DNA of 64,000 bases from an uncultured Dehalococcoidia bacterium (GTDB lineage Bacteria; Chloroflexota; Dehalococcoidia; SZUA-161): NCBI GenBank assembly GCA_964574685.1, contig CAZNOI010000005.1, forward strand, positions 1,493 to 65,492. The letters run 5' to 3'. Position numbers and translations under genes: made by a program. Below the pieces are notes generated by a model. It ran no database searches. It was given only the letters and a program-made list of their open reading frames with translations, and was not told where the DNA came from. Positions 26,079 through 35,060 of the stretch are shown piece by piece (within the stretch, counting starts at the first letter, position 1; each line of letters opens with the position of its first letter).

Positions 26079-27626
26079 CTACAGCCGGATGTTCTCGTGC
26101 TTTCTCTTGGGCCTGCCCTCGTCTCTGTGCTCCAGCGCCTTCAGCGCCTTGATAAGGAACGAGCGCGTATCTCTCGGATCGAGGAAGTCCTGCGCCCACT
26201 CGCGCTCCAGCGACTTGAACTTCTCCTGCATCTCGGCGACCCGTTTGGCCTGCTGCTCCTCTTTCTTCTTCGGGTCCTCGATCGCCGCGAACTCGCGCTT
26301 ATAGATGATCGAGACGGCGCCCTCCGCGCCCATCAGGCCTCGCTCGACTGTCGGCCAGGCCACGTCGAGGTCGCCGCCGAGGGTGGTACCGGGCATGCCG
26401 AGCTGGCCGCCGCCGTAAAGCTTGCGTATAGCGATGGTGATCTGCGGCACCGTGGCCTCGACGTTGGAGAATACCAGCTTGCAGCCGTGCCGGATCAGCC
26501 CCCTGGTCTCCTCGTCCACCGCGGGCAGGAACGCGGGCGTATCGGCGAGCCAGATGAGGGGGATGTTGAACGCGTCGCAGAAGCGGGCAAACCAGGCCAT
26601 CTTGTCCGCCGCGTCCAGCGTCAGCGAGCCGCCCATAGCCTTGGGATTGTTCGCGATGATGCCAGCCGTCTTGCCGTCCAGCCGGACGAAGCCTGTAATC
26701 AGGTTGTTCGCCCACTGCTTCTTGAGTTCGAGGAACTCGCCATTATCCGCGACGAGAGATATCAGCTTCTGCATATCGTAGGGCTTCATGGCGTCGAACG
26801 GAACGAGGCTCAGAAGCTCCTCTTCCCTGCGGTCAGGGTCGTCGCCGGTGTCCACGACAGGCAGGGTTTTCTTGTCGTTGCTGAGGGGCAGGTAGCTGAG
26901 CAACTGCCTGCAGGTCTCGATGCACTCCTCGTCACCCTTCGCCAGGAGGTCACAACATCCGGTCTTCTTGGAGTGAACCGAGGAGTCCCCGACCTCCATG
27001 GGGGTCTTGTCTTCAGGCGGCGGTGCAACGTGCATGAAGCTGGTCTTCCTGGTCATGAAGACGAAGTCTGACAACTGCGCCGTGATCGCGAGTTCGCCCG
27101 AGCAGGGGCCCATAATCATCGCGATCTGCGGAATGACGCCCGACGCCATGGTCTGGAAGTGGGCGAAGGACTCGGGAGAGTAGAAGCGATAGTACTGAAG
27201 GGCGTCCTCCACCCTGGCGCCCTGCGAGTCGATGATGCCCACGATGGGCACGCGCGCGTGAACGGCCTTCTCCATGACCATAGCGATCTTGCGGGAATGC
27301 ATGTTCGCCAGGGTACCGCCCATAACGGTCGCATCCTGAGCCCAGAGGAACACGGGCCGACCGTGGACTTCGCCGTATCCCACAGCCACGCCGTCCGCCG
27401 AGCCCTCCTGGTTGTCGATGGCGAAGCCTGTGGCCAGGGGAGTGCCCCATATGTCCAGTTCCGCGAAGGTGCCGGGGTCGAGCAGCCTGTCGATCCTCTC
27501 GCGGGCGGTGAGCTTGCCCTCCTCATGCTGCTTCTCGATGGCCTCGGGGCCGCCGCCCTGCCTCAGCATATTGCGAAGCTCATCGATCTCGGCGAGACGC
27601 TTCTGCATCAGCTCCAGGTCGTCCAT
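26079..27626 (-). CDS. Acyl-CoA carboxylase carboxyltransferase subunit, paralog 3 (close paralog of 18802..20343)
   Basis: Long shared stretches with paralog 1, e.g. ADTPAFLPAVDEETRGLIRHGCKLVFSNVE and FKSLEREWAQDF. Confidence 0.92.
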   Translation of the reverse strand: MDDLELMQKRLAEIDELRNMLRQGGGPEAIEKQHEEGKLTARERIDRLLDPGTFAELDIWGTPLATGFAIDNQEGSADGVAVGYGEVHGRPVFLWAQDATVMGGTLANMHSRKIAMVMEKAVHARVPIVGIIDSQGARVEDALQYYRFYSPESFAHFQTMASGVIPQIAMIMGPCSGELAITAQLSDFVFMTRKTSFMHVAPPPEDKTPMEVGDSSVHSKKTGCCDLLAKGDEECIETCRQLLSYLPLSNDKKTLPVVDTGDDPDRREEELLSLVPFDAMKPYDMQKLISLVADNGEFLELKKQWANNLITGFVRLDGKTAGIIANNPKAMGGSLTLDAADKMAWFARFCDAFNIPLIWLADTPAFLPAVDEETRGLIRHGCKLVFSNVEATVPQITIAIRKLYGGGQLGMPGTTLGGDLDVAWPTVERGLMGAEGAVSIIYKREFAAIEDPKKKEEQQAKRVAEMQEKFKSLEREWAQDFLDPRDTRSFLIKALKALEHRDEGRPKRKHENIRL

Positions 27627-27710
27627 AGTGCCTCCTTAAAGACGCGTAGAAAGCATTCTACCGGCTGGTGGGGGGTATCGTCAACTCCGCTGCGAGTGAT
27701 GAGTCTCGCC

Positions 27711-27813
27711 GACGACCCCTGCGCGCACGCGCGCTGGTTTGACGCAATGCCCGCGACAGGTCACCTGGCCAGCCGGGACGACCCCTGCGCGCACGCGCGC
27801 TGGTTTGACGCAA
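27711..27813. repeat. Two identical 37-bp direct repeats separated by 29 bp
   Basis: GACGACCCCTGCGCGCACGCGCGCTGGTTTGACGCAA at 27711-27747 and 27777-27813. Confidence 0.95.
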
Positions 27814-27834
27814 AACTGAGGCAAATGGTATACT
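27805..27834 (+). promoter_or_regulatory. Sigma70-type promoter with extended -10
   Basis: TTGACG-18 bp-TATACT with TG at the extended -10 position; the -35 lies inside the second 37-bp repeat. Confidence 0.6.
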
Positions 27835-27897
27835 GATGCTCGATTCCGCCCGATTCCCCGTCATCGAAAGGCACAGGCAAGAAAGGAGCAGTCTATA

Positions 27898-29058
27898 ATG
27901 TCCGGTTTCGGCTTCTCCGAGGAACAGGAGAGACTACAGGAGGAAGTGAAGCGGTTCGCGCAGAGGGAGCTTGCACCCGGTGCACTGGCCAGAAGCAAGA
28001 TGGGCCCCGAAGAGCTGCACGAGAACCTGAAGGACATCGACAAGAAGATAGTCGAGCTTGGATGGACGAAGATTAACGTGCCCGAGAAGTATGGAGGGTA
28101 TCCACTCGGCCACGTGGAGATAGGTATCATTCACGAGGAAGTGCACAAAGTGGATCCGACGGTCGAGGCTGTTGGGGGTATGGAGGCTACCAGCGCCCTG
28201 CTACAGACGCTGCCCCAAGATGTGCAGGATGAATGGTTCCCGGCCCTCATCAATCGCGACCAACGGCATTCATTCGGCTTCACTGAATCGGCGGCCGGTT
28301 CGGATGCGGCAGGCATCGTGACCAAAGCCGTCAGGGATGGGGATGAATACGTCATCAACGGCGAGAAGACACCTCTTCCGGGCGCGACCGTAGCTGATGT
28401 CGTCAGCATATCCACCAAGACAGACCCGAACGCGGGATTCAAGGGCGTCAGCCTGTTCTGGATTCCCACCAACTTTCCCGGCGTGACTATCCAGCATCTC
28501 CCCTGGATGGGCAACACCAGCCTGTATCCCAGCTTCGTCACATTTGACGACGTGCGCGTACCTGCCAAGTACCGCGAGGGCGAAGAGGGTATGGGCTTCT
28601 ACACGGTCATGGGCACGCTTGACTGGCTGCGAATCATAGTGGCTCTGACCTGTCTCGCCAGGGCGCAGGCCTCGATCCAGGACGCAATGGAGTGGTCGAA
28701 GGAGCGCAAGACCTTCGGCAGGGCGATAGCGAGCTACCAAGGGGTATCCTTCGACATCGCGGAGCACTACACCGCGGTCGAGGCGGCGAGGCTGCTTTGC
28801 TATCGGACTCTCTGGCTGAAGGATCAGGGCAAGCCGCACACCGTCGAGTCCTCGATGGCGAAGTGGTTCAGTGTCGAGGTCTCGCTGCAGTGCATCAAGG
28901 ATATGATGGTCCTCATCGGCCATCCGGGGTACAGCACGGAACACCCGATCTCTCAGCGGCTCAGGGACGTGATCGGCTATCAGCTCGGTGACGGCCCTCC
29001 GCAGATCCAGAAGATGATCATTGCCAGGCTACTCATCGGCAAGGCTGTGGTCGGCTAG
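27898..29058 (+). CDS. Acyl-CoA dehydrogenase
   Basis: FGFTESAAGSDAA, INGEK, RKTFGR.I..YQG, SSMAK, GHPGYS; ends QLGDGPPQIQ. Confidence 0.92.
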   Translation: MSGFGFSEEQERLQEEVKRFAQRELAPGALARSKMGPEELHENLKDIDKKIVELGWTKINVPEKYGGYPLGHVEIGIIHEEVHKVDPTVEAVGGMEATSALLQTLPQDVQDEWFPALINRDQRHSFGFTESAAGSDAAGIVTKAVRDGDEYVINGEKTPLPGATVADVVSISTKTDPNAGFKGVSLFWIPTNFPGVTIQHLPWMGNTSLYPSFVTFDDVRVPAKYREGEEGMGFYTVMGTLDWLRIIVALTCLARAQASIQDAMEWSKERKTFGRAIASYQGVSFDIAEHYTAVEAARLLCYRTLWLKDQGKPHTVESSMAKWFSVEVSLQCIKDMMVLIGHPGYSTEHPISQRLRDVIGYQLGDGPPQIQKMIIARLLIGKAVVG

Positions 29059-29090
29059 CGGGCAAGACTGCTGCAGATTACTGAAGTAAT

Positions 29091-29123
29091 GCGGAGCCCC
29101 GTGCCAGCGGCACGGGGCTCCGC
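29091..29123. terminator. Perfect 14-bp hairpin between convergent genes; probable bidirectional terminator
   Basis: GCGGAGCCCCGTGC-CAGCG-GCACGGGGCTCCGC. Confidence 0.65.
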
Positions 29124-29145
29124 TCTATCTCAGGGCCTTCTTGGA

Positions 29146-29886
29146 CTAATGGCCGAGGTCTCCCGCCTCGTAGAGAACCGCAGTAGCTGCTATCAGGCCG
29201 GCGGTCTCGGCGCGGAGAATGCGGTTTCCCATGGTCACCGGCACTATGCCGGAAGCGGTCGCCCTCTCAATTTCCTCAAGCGTGAAGCCGCCCTCCGGAC
29301 CCACGAACAGACCGACCTCGCCAGCTTCCCGGATTGCGGCAGCACTGAGCGCCCGCTTCAGCGAAGTGGCTGTCTCGCCCTCCCACAGGATGAATGCGGG
29401 ATGGGGGGCCATACTGCAGCCCTCGGTGAACGACACTGCCTCTTGAATTGGGGGCAACACGGCCCTTCTGGACTGCTGGGCCGCCTCCAGCACTATACTT
29501 GACCAGCGCTGCAGGCGATTCGCGCTCGGCCTCCGGGCCACGCATCTCTCCGATATCAGCGGCGCGAACGCGTATATACCAAGCTCGGTGCATTTCTGCA
29601 GCACGAGTTCTAGGCTGTCGCCTTTGAGAAGCGCCTGATAGAGGACGATCCTGAGATTCGGCTCATTCGGGCAGGGCGACCTGCCCAGGACCGTTCCTTC
29701 TCCCTCGTGCCGTCGCAGCGAATCCAATCGTACCGTGTATTCCAGTCCGCTGCCGTCAAGCAGGACAATGCTATCTCCGGGACCGAGGCGAAGTACGTTT
29801 CTGAGGCGATGGACGAGCTCAGGGCCCATGCTGACCCTGTTTTCCACGATGCTGTCCGGTGGAACGAAGAAACGGTGCCGGCTCAC
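29146..29886 (-). CDS. rsmE: 16S rRNA m3U1498 methyltransferase
   Basis: HRLRNVLRL, LQKCTELG, EAAQQSRR, FVGPEGGF, RILRAETA; next to dnaJ. Confidence 0.95.
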   Translation of the reverse strand: MSRHRFFVPPDSIVENRVSMGPELVHRLRNVLRLGPGDSIVLLDGSGLEYTVRLDSLRRHEGEGTVLGRSPCPNEPNLRIVLYQALLKGDSLELVLQKCTELGIYAFAPLISERCVARRPSANRLQRWSSIVLEAAQQSRRAVLPPIQEAVSFTEGCSMAPHPAFILWEGETATSLKRALSAAAIREAGEVGLFVGPEGGFTLEEIERATASGIVPVTMGNRILRAETAGLIAATAVLYEAGDLGH

Positions 29887-29909
29887 GGTGAAGCTCCGGC
29901 CGATTGGGA

Positions 29910-31031
29910 CTAGCCGGCGAACGAGTCCCTGATCTTGTCGAAGAGACCTTTGTCTTCTCCCGGCATGTTGGCCTCACCCAGGCTCCCTGCGAGTTCGCGG
30001 AACAGCTTCTTCTGCTTGGGATCGAGCGACTCAGGGGTAACGACGTGCAGCCTGACCAGTTGGTCGCCCCTTCCTTCCCTGCGGAGGTGCGGCACGCCCT
30101 TCTCCTTCAGGCGGAAGACCTTGCCGTGCTGAGTGCCTGCCGGTATCTTCAGCTTTTCCTTCCCGTCGACCGTGGGCACTTCCAACTCGTCCCCCAGGGC
30201 CGCCTGAGCGAAGTTGATGGGCAGGTCGTAGAGTATGTCGTCGCCTTCCCGTTTGAAGGACTTGTGCTTCTTGACGGACAAGGTTACATAGAGGTTGCCG
30301 GGACCGCCGCCCCTCGTCCCCGCGTCCCCCTCGCCCGAAAGCCTGATCTGGGTGTTGCTGTCTACGCCGGGGGGCATCTTGACGGATATCTTGCGGGAGG
30401 CACGCTCCCTGCCCTTGCCGCCGCAATGCTTGCAGGGATCGGTCACAAGCTTGCCTTCCCCTCTGCAGGTGGCGCAGGTGGCGAGATTGACGAACTGCCC
30501 GAAGATGCTCCTCTGTGCCCGGCGTACCTGGCCCGACCCCTTGCACTCGGGACACTGCTCCGGCTGGCTTCCAAGCTCACATCGGGTACCGTGACAGGCC
30601 GAGCAACGCTCGCTGCGCACGATCTCCATTTCCTTGTCGCAGCCGAACACGGCTTCTTCGAAAGTGATCTCCAGGCCGTAGTTGAGGTCGGCTCCGCGCT
30701 GGGGTCCGGCCCGTCTCGCAGTACCACCGGCGCCGCCGAAGAACGCGTCGAATATGTCACCGATTCCTCCGAAGTCGAAGCCGTCGAATCCCCTGGCGCC
30801 GAAGCCGTGGGCACCCGCGTGGCCGAAGCGGTCATAGGCGGCGCGCTTCTGGGAGTCCTTAAGGGTCTCGTAGGCCTCGGTAACCTCCTTGAAGGACTCA
30901 GCCGCGCCGTGATTCCTGTTGTGATCGGGGTGGTACTTGAAGGCCAGCTTCCGATAGGCCCTCTTGATGTCCTCCTCGGAGGCATTCCTGTCGACGCCGA
31001 GAACTTCGTAATAGTCTCTCTTGGTTGCCAT
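29910..31031 (-). CDS. dnaJ: Molecular chaperone DnaJ
   Basis: J domain with HPD, G/F region, four CxxCxGxG-type repeats, C-terminal domain. Confidence 0.98.
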   Translation of the reverse strand: MATKRDYYEVLGVDRNASEEDIKRAYRKLAFKYHPDHNRNHGAAESFKEVTEAYETLKDSQKRAAYDRFGHAGAHGFGARGFDGFDFGGIGDIFDAFFGGAGGTARRAGPQRGADLNYGLEITFEEAVFGCDKEMEIVRSERCSACHGTRCELGSQPEQCPECKGSGQVRRAQRSIFGQFVNLATCATCRGEGKLVTDPCKHCGGKGRERASRKISVKMPPGVDSNTQIRLSGEGDAGTRGGGPGNLYVTLSVKKHKSFKREGDDILYDLPINFAQAALGDELEVPTVDGKEKLKIPAGTQHGKVFRLKEKGVPHLRREGRGDQLVRLHVVTPESLDPKQKKLFRELAGSLGEANMPGEDKGLFDKIRDSFAG

Positions 31032-31193
31032 GGCCTGACCCTGGAGTCGTCGCTAAACCTCAATTATAGAGCAGGCATGTGGATGACACAATACGTGCAG
31101 CACCATATTCCTATCGCAAGTGTCGCTGTATGCTCGAGGGGCGGAGCGCTCGATCCGCGGACGATGCTCCGCTCGGGGGTGTCCGAGGAAATG

Positions 31194-31224
31194 TGGAACA
31201 CCCCGAGGTTCTCGGGGTGTTCCA
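31194..31224. terminator. Perfect 14-bp hairpin downstream of the RiPP cluster
   Basis: TGGAACACCCCGAG-GTT-CTCGGGGTGTTCCA; a second weaker hairpin lies at about 31141-31173. Confidence 0.5.
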
Positions 31225-31396
31225 TCTGAGGTCTGTTCCAGCTACGAAGCCGCTTCCCAGCGCCTGACTCAGCAGCCAGTTGCACCATCAGTTCTGGGTA
31301 TGGTGTAGGAGGCGAGAAGTTGTCGTCTTCAGGCCTCCGGCGGATTGCCAATGCTTCTGGCCCTCCGCTGGTTCTTCACCGGGTTCTAAGGTTCTC

Positions 31397-31540
31397 CTAT
31401 CTGCAGCATAAGCCGAAGAACGGCTGCAAGACGTGGATAGGCCCCTGATCGTCACCACCGGCTGGACTGCCGGAGGCGACCAGAGTCTGCGGCTGCACCG
31501 TCTCGGTCACCATCTTCGGCTTCTCGTACGTCTTCCTCAT
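31397..31540 (-). CDS. Putative RiPP precursor peptide, 47 aa
   Basis: Hand translation MRKTYEKPKMVTETVQPQTLVASGSPAGGDDQGPIHVLQPFFGLCCR. Strong RBS GGAGGGAGGTG, YxxP leader motif, directly downstream of RRE and rSAM genes. Below the ORF-track size cut-off. Confidence 0.85.
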   Translation of the reverse strand: MRKTYEKPKMVTETVQPQTLVASGSPAGGDDQGPIHVLQPFFGLCCR

Positions 31541-32582
31541 GTCTCACCTCCCTCCGGGCGAGGATTTCGCTCCTTATGGCTGCGTTTTGGCAGGCGCTGG
31601 GAGCCGGCTTCGTCAGTTCTCCTGTTTCGGTGAGGTTTCGCCCTGTACACCGATTGCAGTTCTCCCTCAGGTCGCAGTCATTGCATTGATGGAAATCGCT
31701 CTCCTCCAGTCGTCTCAGAAGGGTAAGCTCGGGTATAGACGAACCGGACCAGATGTCCGCGAAGGACTGCTGTCTCAAGTTGCCCAATTTGAGCGGCATC
31801 ATGATGCAGGGGAAGACATCGCCGTTGGGCGCGACGGAGCATGTGGCGCGTCCCGCTTTGCAGATGCCGGTGCTCTCAGGACTGTCATCCTTCGGGACCA
31901 TCCAGTCAGCGTCATAGTACTCGTGTAGCTGTGCCGGGGTTAGTCTGTGGTCCCTCGGGTGCGACTCCCCGCTCTTCGTGGGGGCCAGATCGTAGCTGAA
32001 TTCGACCGCGATGTTCATGGTGTCCGCCAGCTTCTGGATCTCGGACGCTTCATGCACGTTGTCGGACATAAGCACAGCCTGCAGCTTCACCGGTATACGG
32101 CGCTGCTGGAGCAGGTCTATGCCGCGCAGAGTCTCCAGGAGAGAGCCGGGACGACCGGTGATATGGTCGTGTGTCCGGCTCGTGACACCGTAGACACTCA
32201 TGCCCACGAAGAGGGGCCTGAGCCAGGATATCTCCTCAGCAATCCTGGGTGTTATGAGGGTTCCGTTGGTCAGAAGCATGAGTATGAAACCCTGCCGGCG
32301 TGCGTAATGGGCAATGTCCAGGAAGTCCTTCCGTACCAGCGGCTCTCCTCCTGTGATCAGCAGATAAAGGCAGCCAGCGGACCTGAGCTGGTCGATGACG
32401 TTGTGCCACTCCTGAAGTGACAGCTCGTCCCCGTACGGAGCGTCCACATAGCAGTGCCTGCACCTGAGGTTGCACCTGTATGTGATCTCCAGTGCCGCCT
32501 GAAGAGGCACCAGGTTCTCCGCCGCCCTGGACATAACCTGATGCAGCAGCGGCTGCATCTCCGAATCGCAATAGGGGTCCAT
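31452..32582 (-). CDS. Radical SAM protein with SPASM domain (peptide maturase type)
   Basis: CNLRCRHC, ITGGEPL, SPASM cysteines CKAG...FPC...CNDC...CNRC...C. Confidence 0.93.
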   Translation of the reverse strand: MDPYCDSEMQPLLHQVMSRAAENLVPLQAALEITYRCNLRCRHCYVDAPYGDELSLQEWHNVIDQLRSAGCLYLLITGGEPLVRKDFLDIAHYARRQGFILMLLTNGTLITPRIAEEISWLRPLFVGMSVYGVTSRTHDHITGRPGSLLETLRGIDLLQQRRIPVKLQAVLMSDNVHEASEIQKLADTMNIAVEFSYDLAPTKSGESHPRDHRLTPAQLHEYYDADWMVPKDDSPESTGICKAGRATCSVAPNGDVFPCIMMPLKLGNLRQQSFADIWSGSSIPELTLLRRLEESDFHQCNDCDLRENCNRCTGRNLTETGELTKPAPSACQNAAIRSEILARREVRHEEDVREAEDGDRDGAAADSGRLRQSSRW

Positions 32583-32585
32583 ACG

Positions 32586-32870
32586 CTAATGCTCCCTTGG
32601 GGACGTGCTCGCGGTGGCCAGGTTGGCTTCGAGAAGCTCGGAGCAGAACTGGTCTACGTCAGCCTGCGCCTCTTCCGGTGCGACCTCGAAGCGCTGCGAG
32701 AGAGCGGCCGCTATCTCGTCCGACAACCGGGTACCGTCAGCCAGCAGCCAAATGTAGCTGGCGGTCTCGTTGAGCATACGGATAGTGCAGTCGTTTTCTC
32801 CTACTATCACCACTTCGCCCGCGATATCCCGCCAGATCACTTCATCGCTTCTGGATACGTAGCAGCCCAT
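32586..32870 (-). CDS. PqqD-family RiPP recognition element
   Basis: LNETASYIWLLADG..L..IAAALSQRFEV..E.A..DV..F..EL. Confidence 0.9.
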   Translation of the reverse strand: MGCYVSRSDEVIWRDIAGEVVIVGENDCTIRMLNETASYIWLLADGTRLSDEIAAALSQRFEVAPEEAQADVDQFCSELLEANLATASTSPREH

Positions 32871-32872
32871 AC

Positions 32873-33793
32873 TCAGCCCACCTCCATATCGAAACAGTTC
32901 TCTACAGCTTCCCAGAACGTGGTGTCCGGCCTGAAGCTGAGCTCATATGCCGGCACGCCGGCGGCGATGGCCGCGCTCAGGTCGGCGCGCTCAGGCAGGT
33001 ATTCCAGTCGGCGAATGTCGAACAGGGGGGATGAATCCAGCACCTGTGCCAGAAGGCCGCGGTAGGCTTCCCCGCCGTTGAGCCGTCTGAGTTCCACTCT
33101 GTCTGCCTGTCTGAGCAGGAACGCAGCCGACAGCGTCTCGGAATCGGGAGAGCGCTCTGCGACGCCGCCGTCGAAAGGCGTCCCCACTATGCGGATGCCG
33201 GAACCGTTCCTGCCGACGAGCACCGTCTCGTCGTTCAATACCTTTCGGCCACCGGCCAGGGATGCCACCGTTGTCTTGCCAATGCCCGATGGGCCGGTGA
33301 ACAGGTACGCCCGCCCATCGGAGATGACTCCGCAGCCGTGCATCAGGTAGGCGTCAGGCGGCTCGTCTCTCAGCCACTTGAATATCGAATAGTAAAGTCC
33401 GCGCAACAGGTGGTTCATCAGCTTGTAGTTTGCCTGCGCGGCGAACAGCTCTCTCTCCGTCTCGACGCGTACCTGCCGCATCTTCCTGTCGAGATAGCAG
33501 TCGATGAGCCAGGGATGAGTAAAGAATCTGCTCCCGTCGCAGTGCGCTTCGATATTGCGTATGACTTCGCTGACCTCGCCGGCGGTGAGGTAATCGTGGA
33601 GATTGAGGTCGATAGTATACTCCGGTGGTCTCTCCACCAGAAAGGACCTGTAGGATGCGGCCATACGGTCCTGTATGCCCGGGTCGCTGCAGCGCACACC
33701 TACGCATGCGTCGCCGACAGCCAGGCTGAGATAGCCGTCTGAACGCACGTCGCTGTAGCCCGGTGATTGCGAAGGGTGACTCATTGGGACCAT
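32873..33793 (-). CDS. HPr-kinase-related P-loop protein
   Basis: MHGCGV, LFTGPSGIGKTT, VLNDE, GTPF; motif order typical of the HprK-related kinases found in RiPP loci. Confidence 0.8.
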   Translation of the reverse strand: MVPMSHPSQSPGYSDVRSDGYLSLAVGDACVGVRCSDPGIQDRMAASYRSFLVERPPEYTIDLNLHDYLTAGEVSEVIRNIEAHCDGSRFFTHPWLIDCYLDRKMRQVRVETERELFAAQANYKLMNHLLRGLYYSIFKWLRDEPPDAYLMHGCGVISDGRAYLFTGPSGIGKTTVASLAGGRKVLNDETVLVGRNGSGIRIVGTPFDGGVAERSPDSETLSAAFLLRQADRVELRRLNGGEAYRGLLAQVLDSSPLFDIRRLEYLPERADLSAAIAAGVPAYELSFRPDTTFWEAVENCFDMEVG

Positions 33794-33946
33794 GTCAGGG
33801 CCGGTGGGAGGTCGGAATGGGGCCGTCTCTGTCCTGCAAGTCTGATTCTATGTCGACTGTGTTAGCAGCCGGTATGAACAGGGTTAGAGTCCGGTTCAAG
33901 CGGCCTCCCAATCGTCGCCGGCGTTTCCCTGTGATATACTGCAGTC

Positions 33947-35029
33947 GTGGCCGCGAAAGAGAAGGACGCCTACTCTGTACTTGCCGAGAGGCACGGCTTC
34001 GAGTCATCGGAGCCCTATCTCCGGGTGCTCCAATTCCTCATGACGCCGGAACAGGCTGACCTCGTGACGCTCCTGCCCGGCTCACCGGAGGATGTCGCCG
34101 ACAAGGCCGGGATGGGAGTAGCAGCGGCGAGAGAGACCATCGAGCTCCTGGTCAGGAAAGGCGTGGTGGTGCCGGTCGACTTCAGGATGGGCGACCGGTA
34201 CCAGTTCTGCAAGTACGCGGAGCGATTGTGGGAGGTGAGCGAGTCCCTGATGGGGCTGGACATATACACGGAGGACGAATACCGGGAGCTGTTCCGCCTC
34301 TGGGAGGAGTGGAAGAAGACCGACTACGCCGACATGACAGCTGAGAGGTGGCTCAACCTCAAGGCGATGGGCATACACGGCCTGAGAATCATTCCCGCTT
34401 ACCGCGCAATACTGGACATGCCGGACCTACTGCCACAGGAAGACGTCCGGGAGATGGTCAGAGTGCAGCCGCTCATCACAGTTGTCTCGTGTTCATGCCG
34501 GAAGCACAAGAAGATGATCGGGAGCCCCTGCAGGAAGTCCGACGCCGATGCCAATTGCCTTCAGTTCGCGAAGTCGGCAGAGTATTCTCTGAGCCGGGGT
34601 CATGGACGTCGGATATCGACCGATGAGGCTGTGTCAATACTCGAGATGAACGAGGAGGACGGGCTGGTACATCAGTGGATGAACCACAGCAAGGTGGAGG
34701 CAGCACCGCCCTATGCCCTGTGCAGTTGCTGCCGGTGCTGCTGCACTGTGTGGCATGCCGCCGATATCAGGAGCGTGCCCAACGATGCGGTCTTCGCCAG
34801 GAGCCGCTACGAGGCGAGGGTCGACGCTTGTGAGTGCATCGGCTGCGGGCTCTGCATGGACCGCTGCCAGTTCGACGCCATAAACATGGTGCCGGTCGAG
34901 GGTTCCACCGAAACGAGAGCTGTGGTCGACCCGGAGAAGTGCTGGGGCTGCGGGGTGTGCACGCTTGTCTGCGAACCCGGGGCGCTCGGGATGCACCTTG
35001 TCAGGCCGCCGGAGCACATCCCCGCCTGA
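33947..35029 (+). CDS. 4Fe-4S dicluster protein with N-terminal HTH-like region
   Basis: CSCR, CSCCRCCC, CIGCGLCMDRCQF, CWGCGVCTLVC. Confidence 0.85.
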   Translation: MAAKEKDAYSVLAERHGFESSEPYLRVLQFLMTPEQADLVTLLPGSPEDVADKAGMGVAAARETIELLVRKGVVVPVDFRMGDRYQFCKYAERLWEVSESLMGLDIYTEDEYRELFRLWEEWKKTDYADMTAERWLNLKAMGIHGLRIIPAYRAILDMPDLLPQEDVREMVRVQPLITVVSCSCRKHKKMIGSPCRKSDADANCLQFAKSAEYSLSRGHGRRISTDEAVSILEMNEEDGLVHQWMNHSKVEAAPPYALCSCCRCCCTVWHAADIRSVPNDAVFARSRYEARVDACECIGCGLCMDRCQFDAINMVPVEGSTETRAVVDPEKCWGCGVCTLVCEPGALGMHLVRPPEHIPA

Positions 35030-35060
35030 AAAACGACGCCCGTCCTAGGAGGTGGGCATC

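Noticed and set aside
27711-27813. Bona fide CRISPR array
   Set aside because: Only two repeats, no leader or cas genes, and one repeat overlaps a promoter. Kept as a repeat and a low-ranked finding.
31040-31390. CIRCE operator upstream of dnaJ, and the 95-aa ORF 31064..31351
   Set aside because: The palindromes there do not match TTAGCACTC-N9-GAGTGCTAA. The ORF runs through two hairpins and the likely dnaJ promoter and has no recognisable features.
31397-33793. Lasso peptide, PQQ or mycofactocin cluster
   Set aside because: No lasso cyclase or B2 protease, no pqqB/C, and the peptide lacks the PqqA ExxxY and MftA IDGxCGVY motifs.
15883-33793. TsrM-like methylase acting on the RiPP precursor
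   Set aside because: The genes are 14 kb apart with unrelated genes between them, and the precursor has no Trp.
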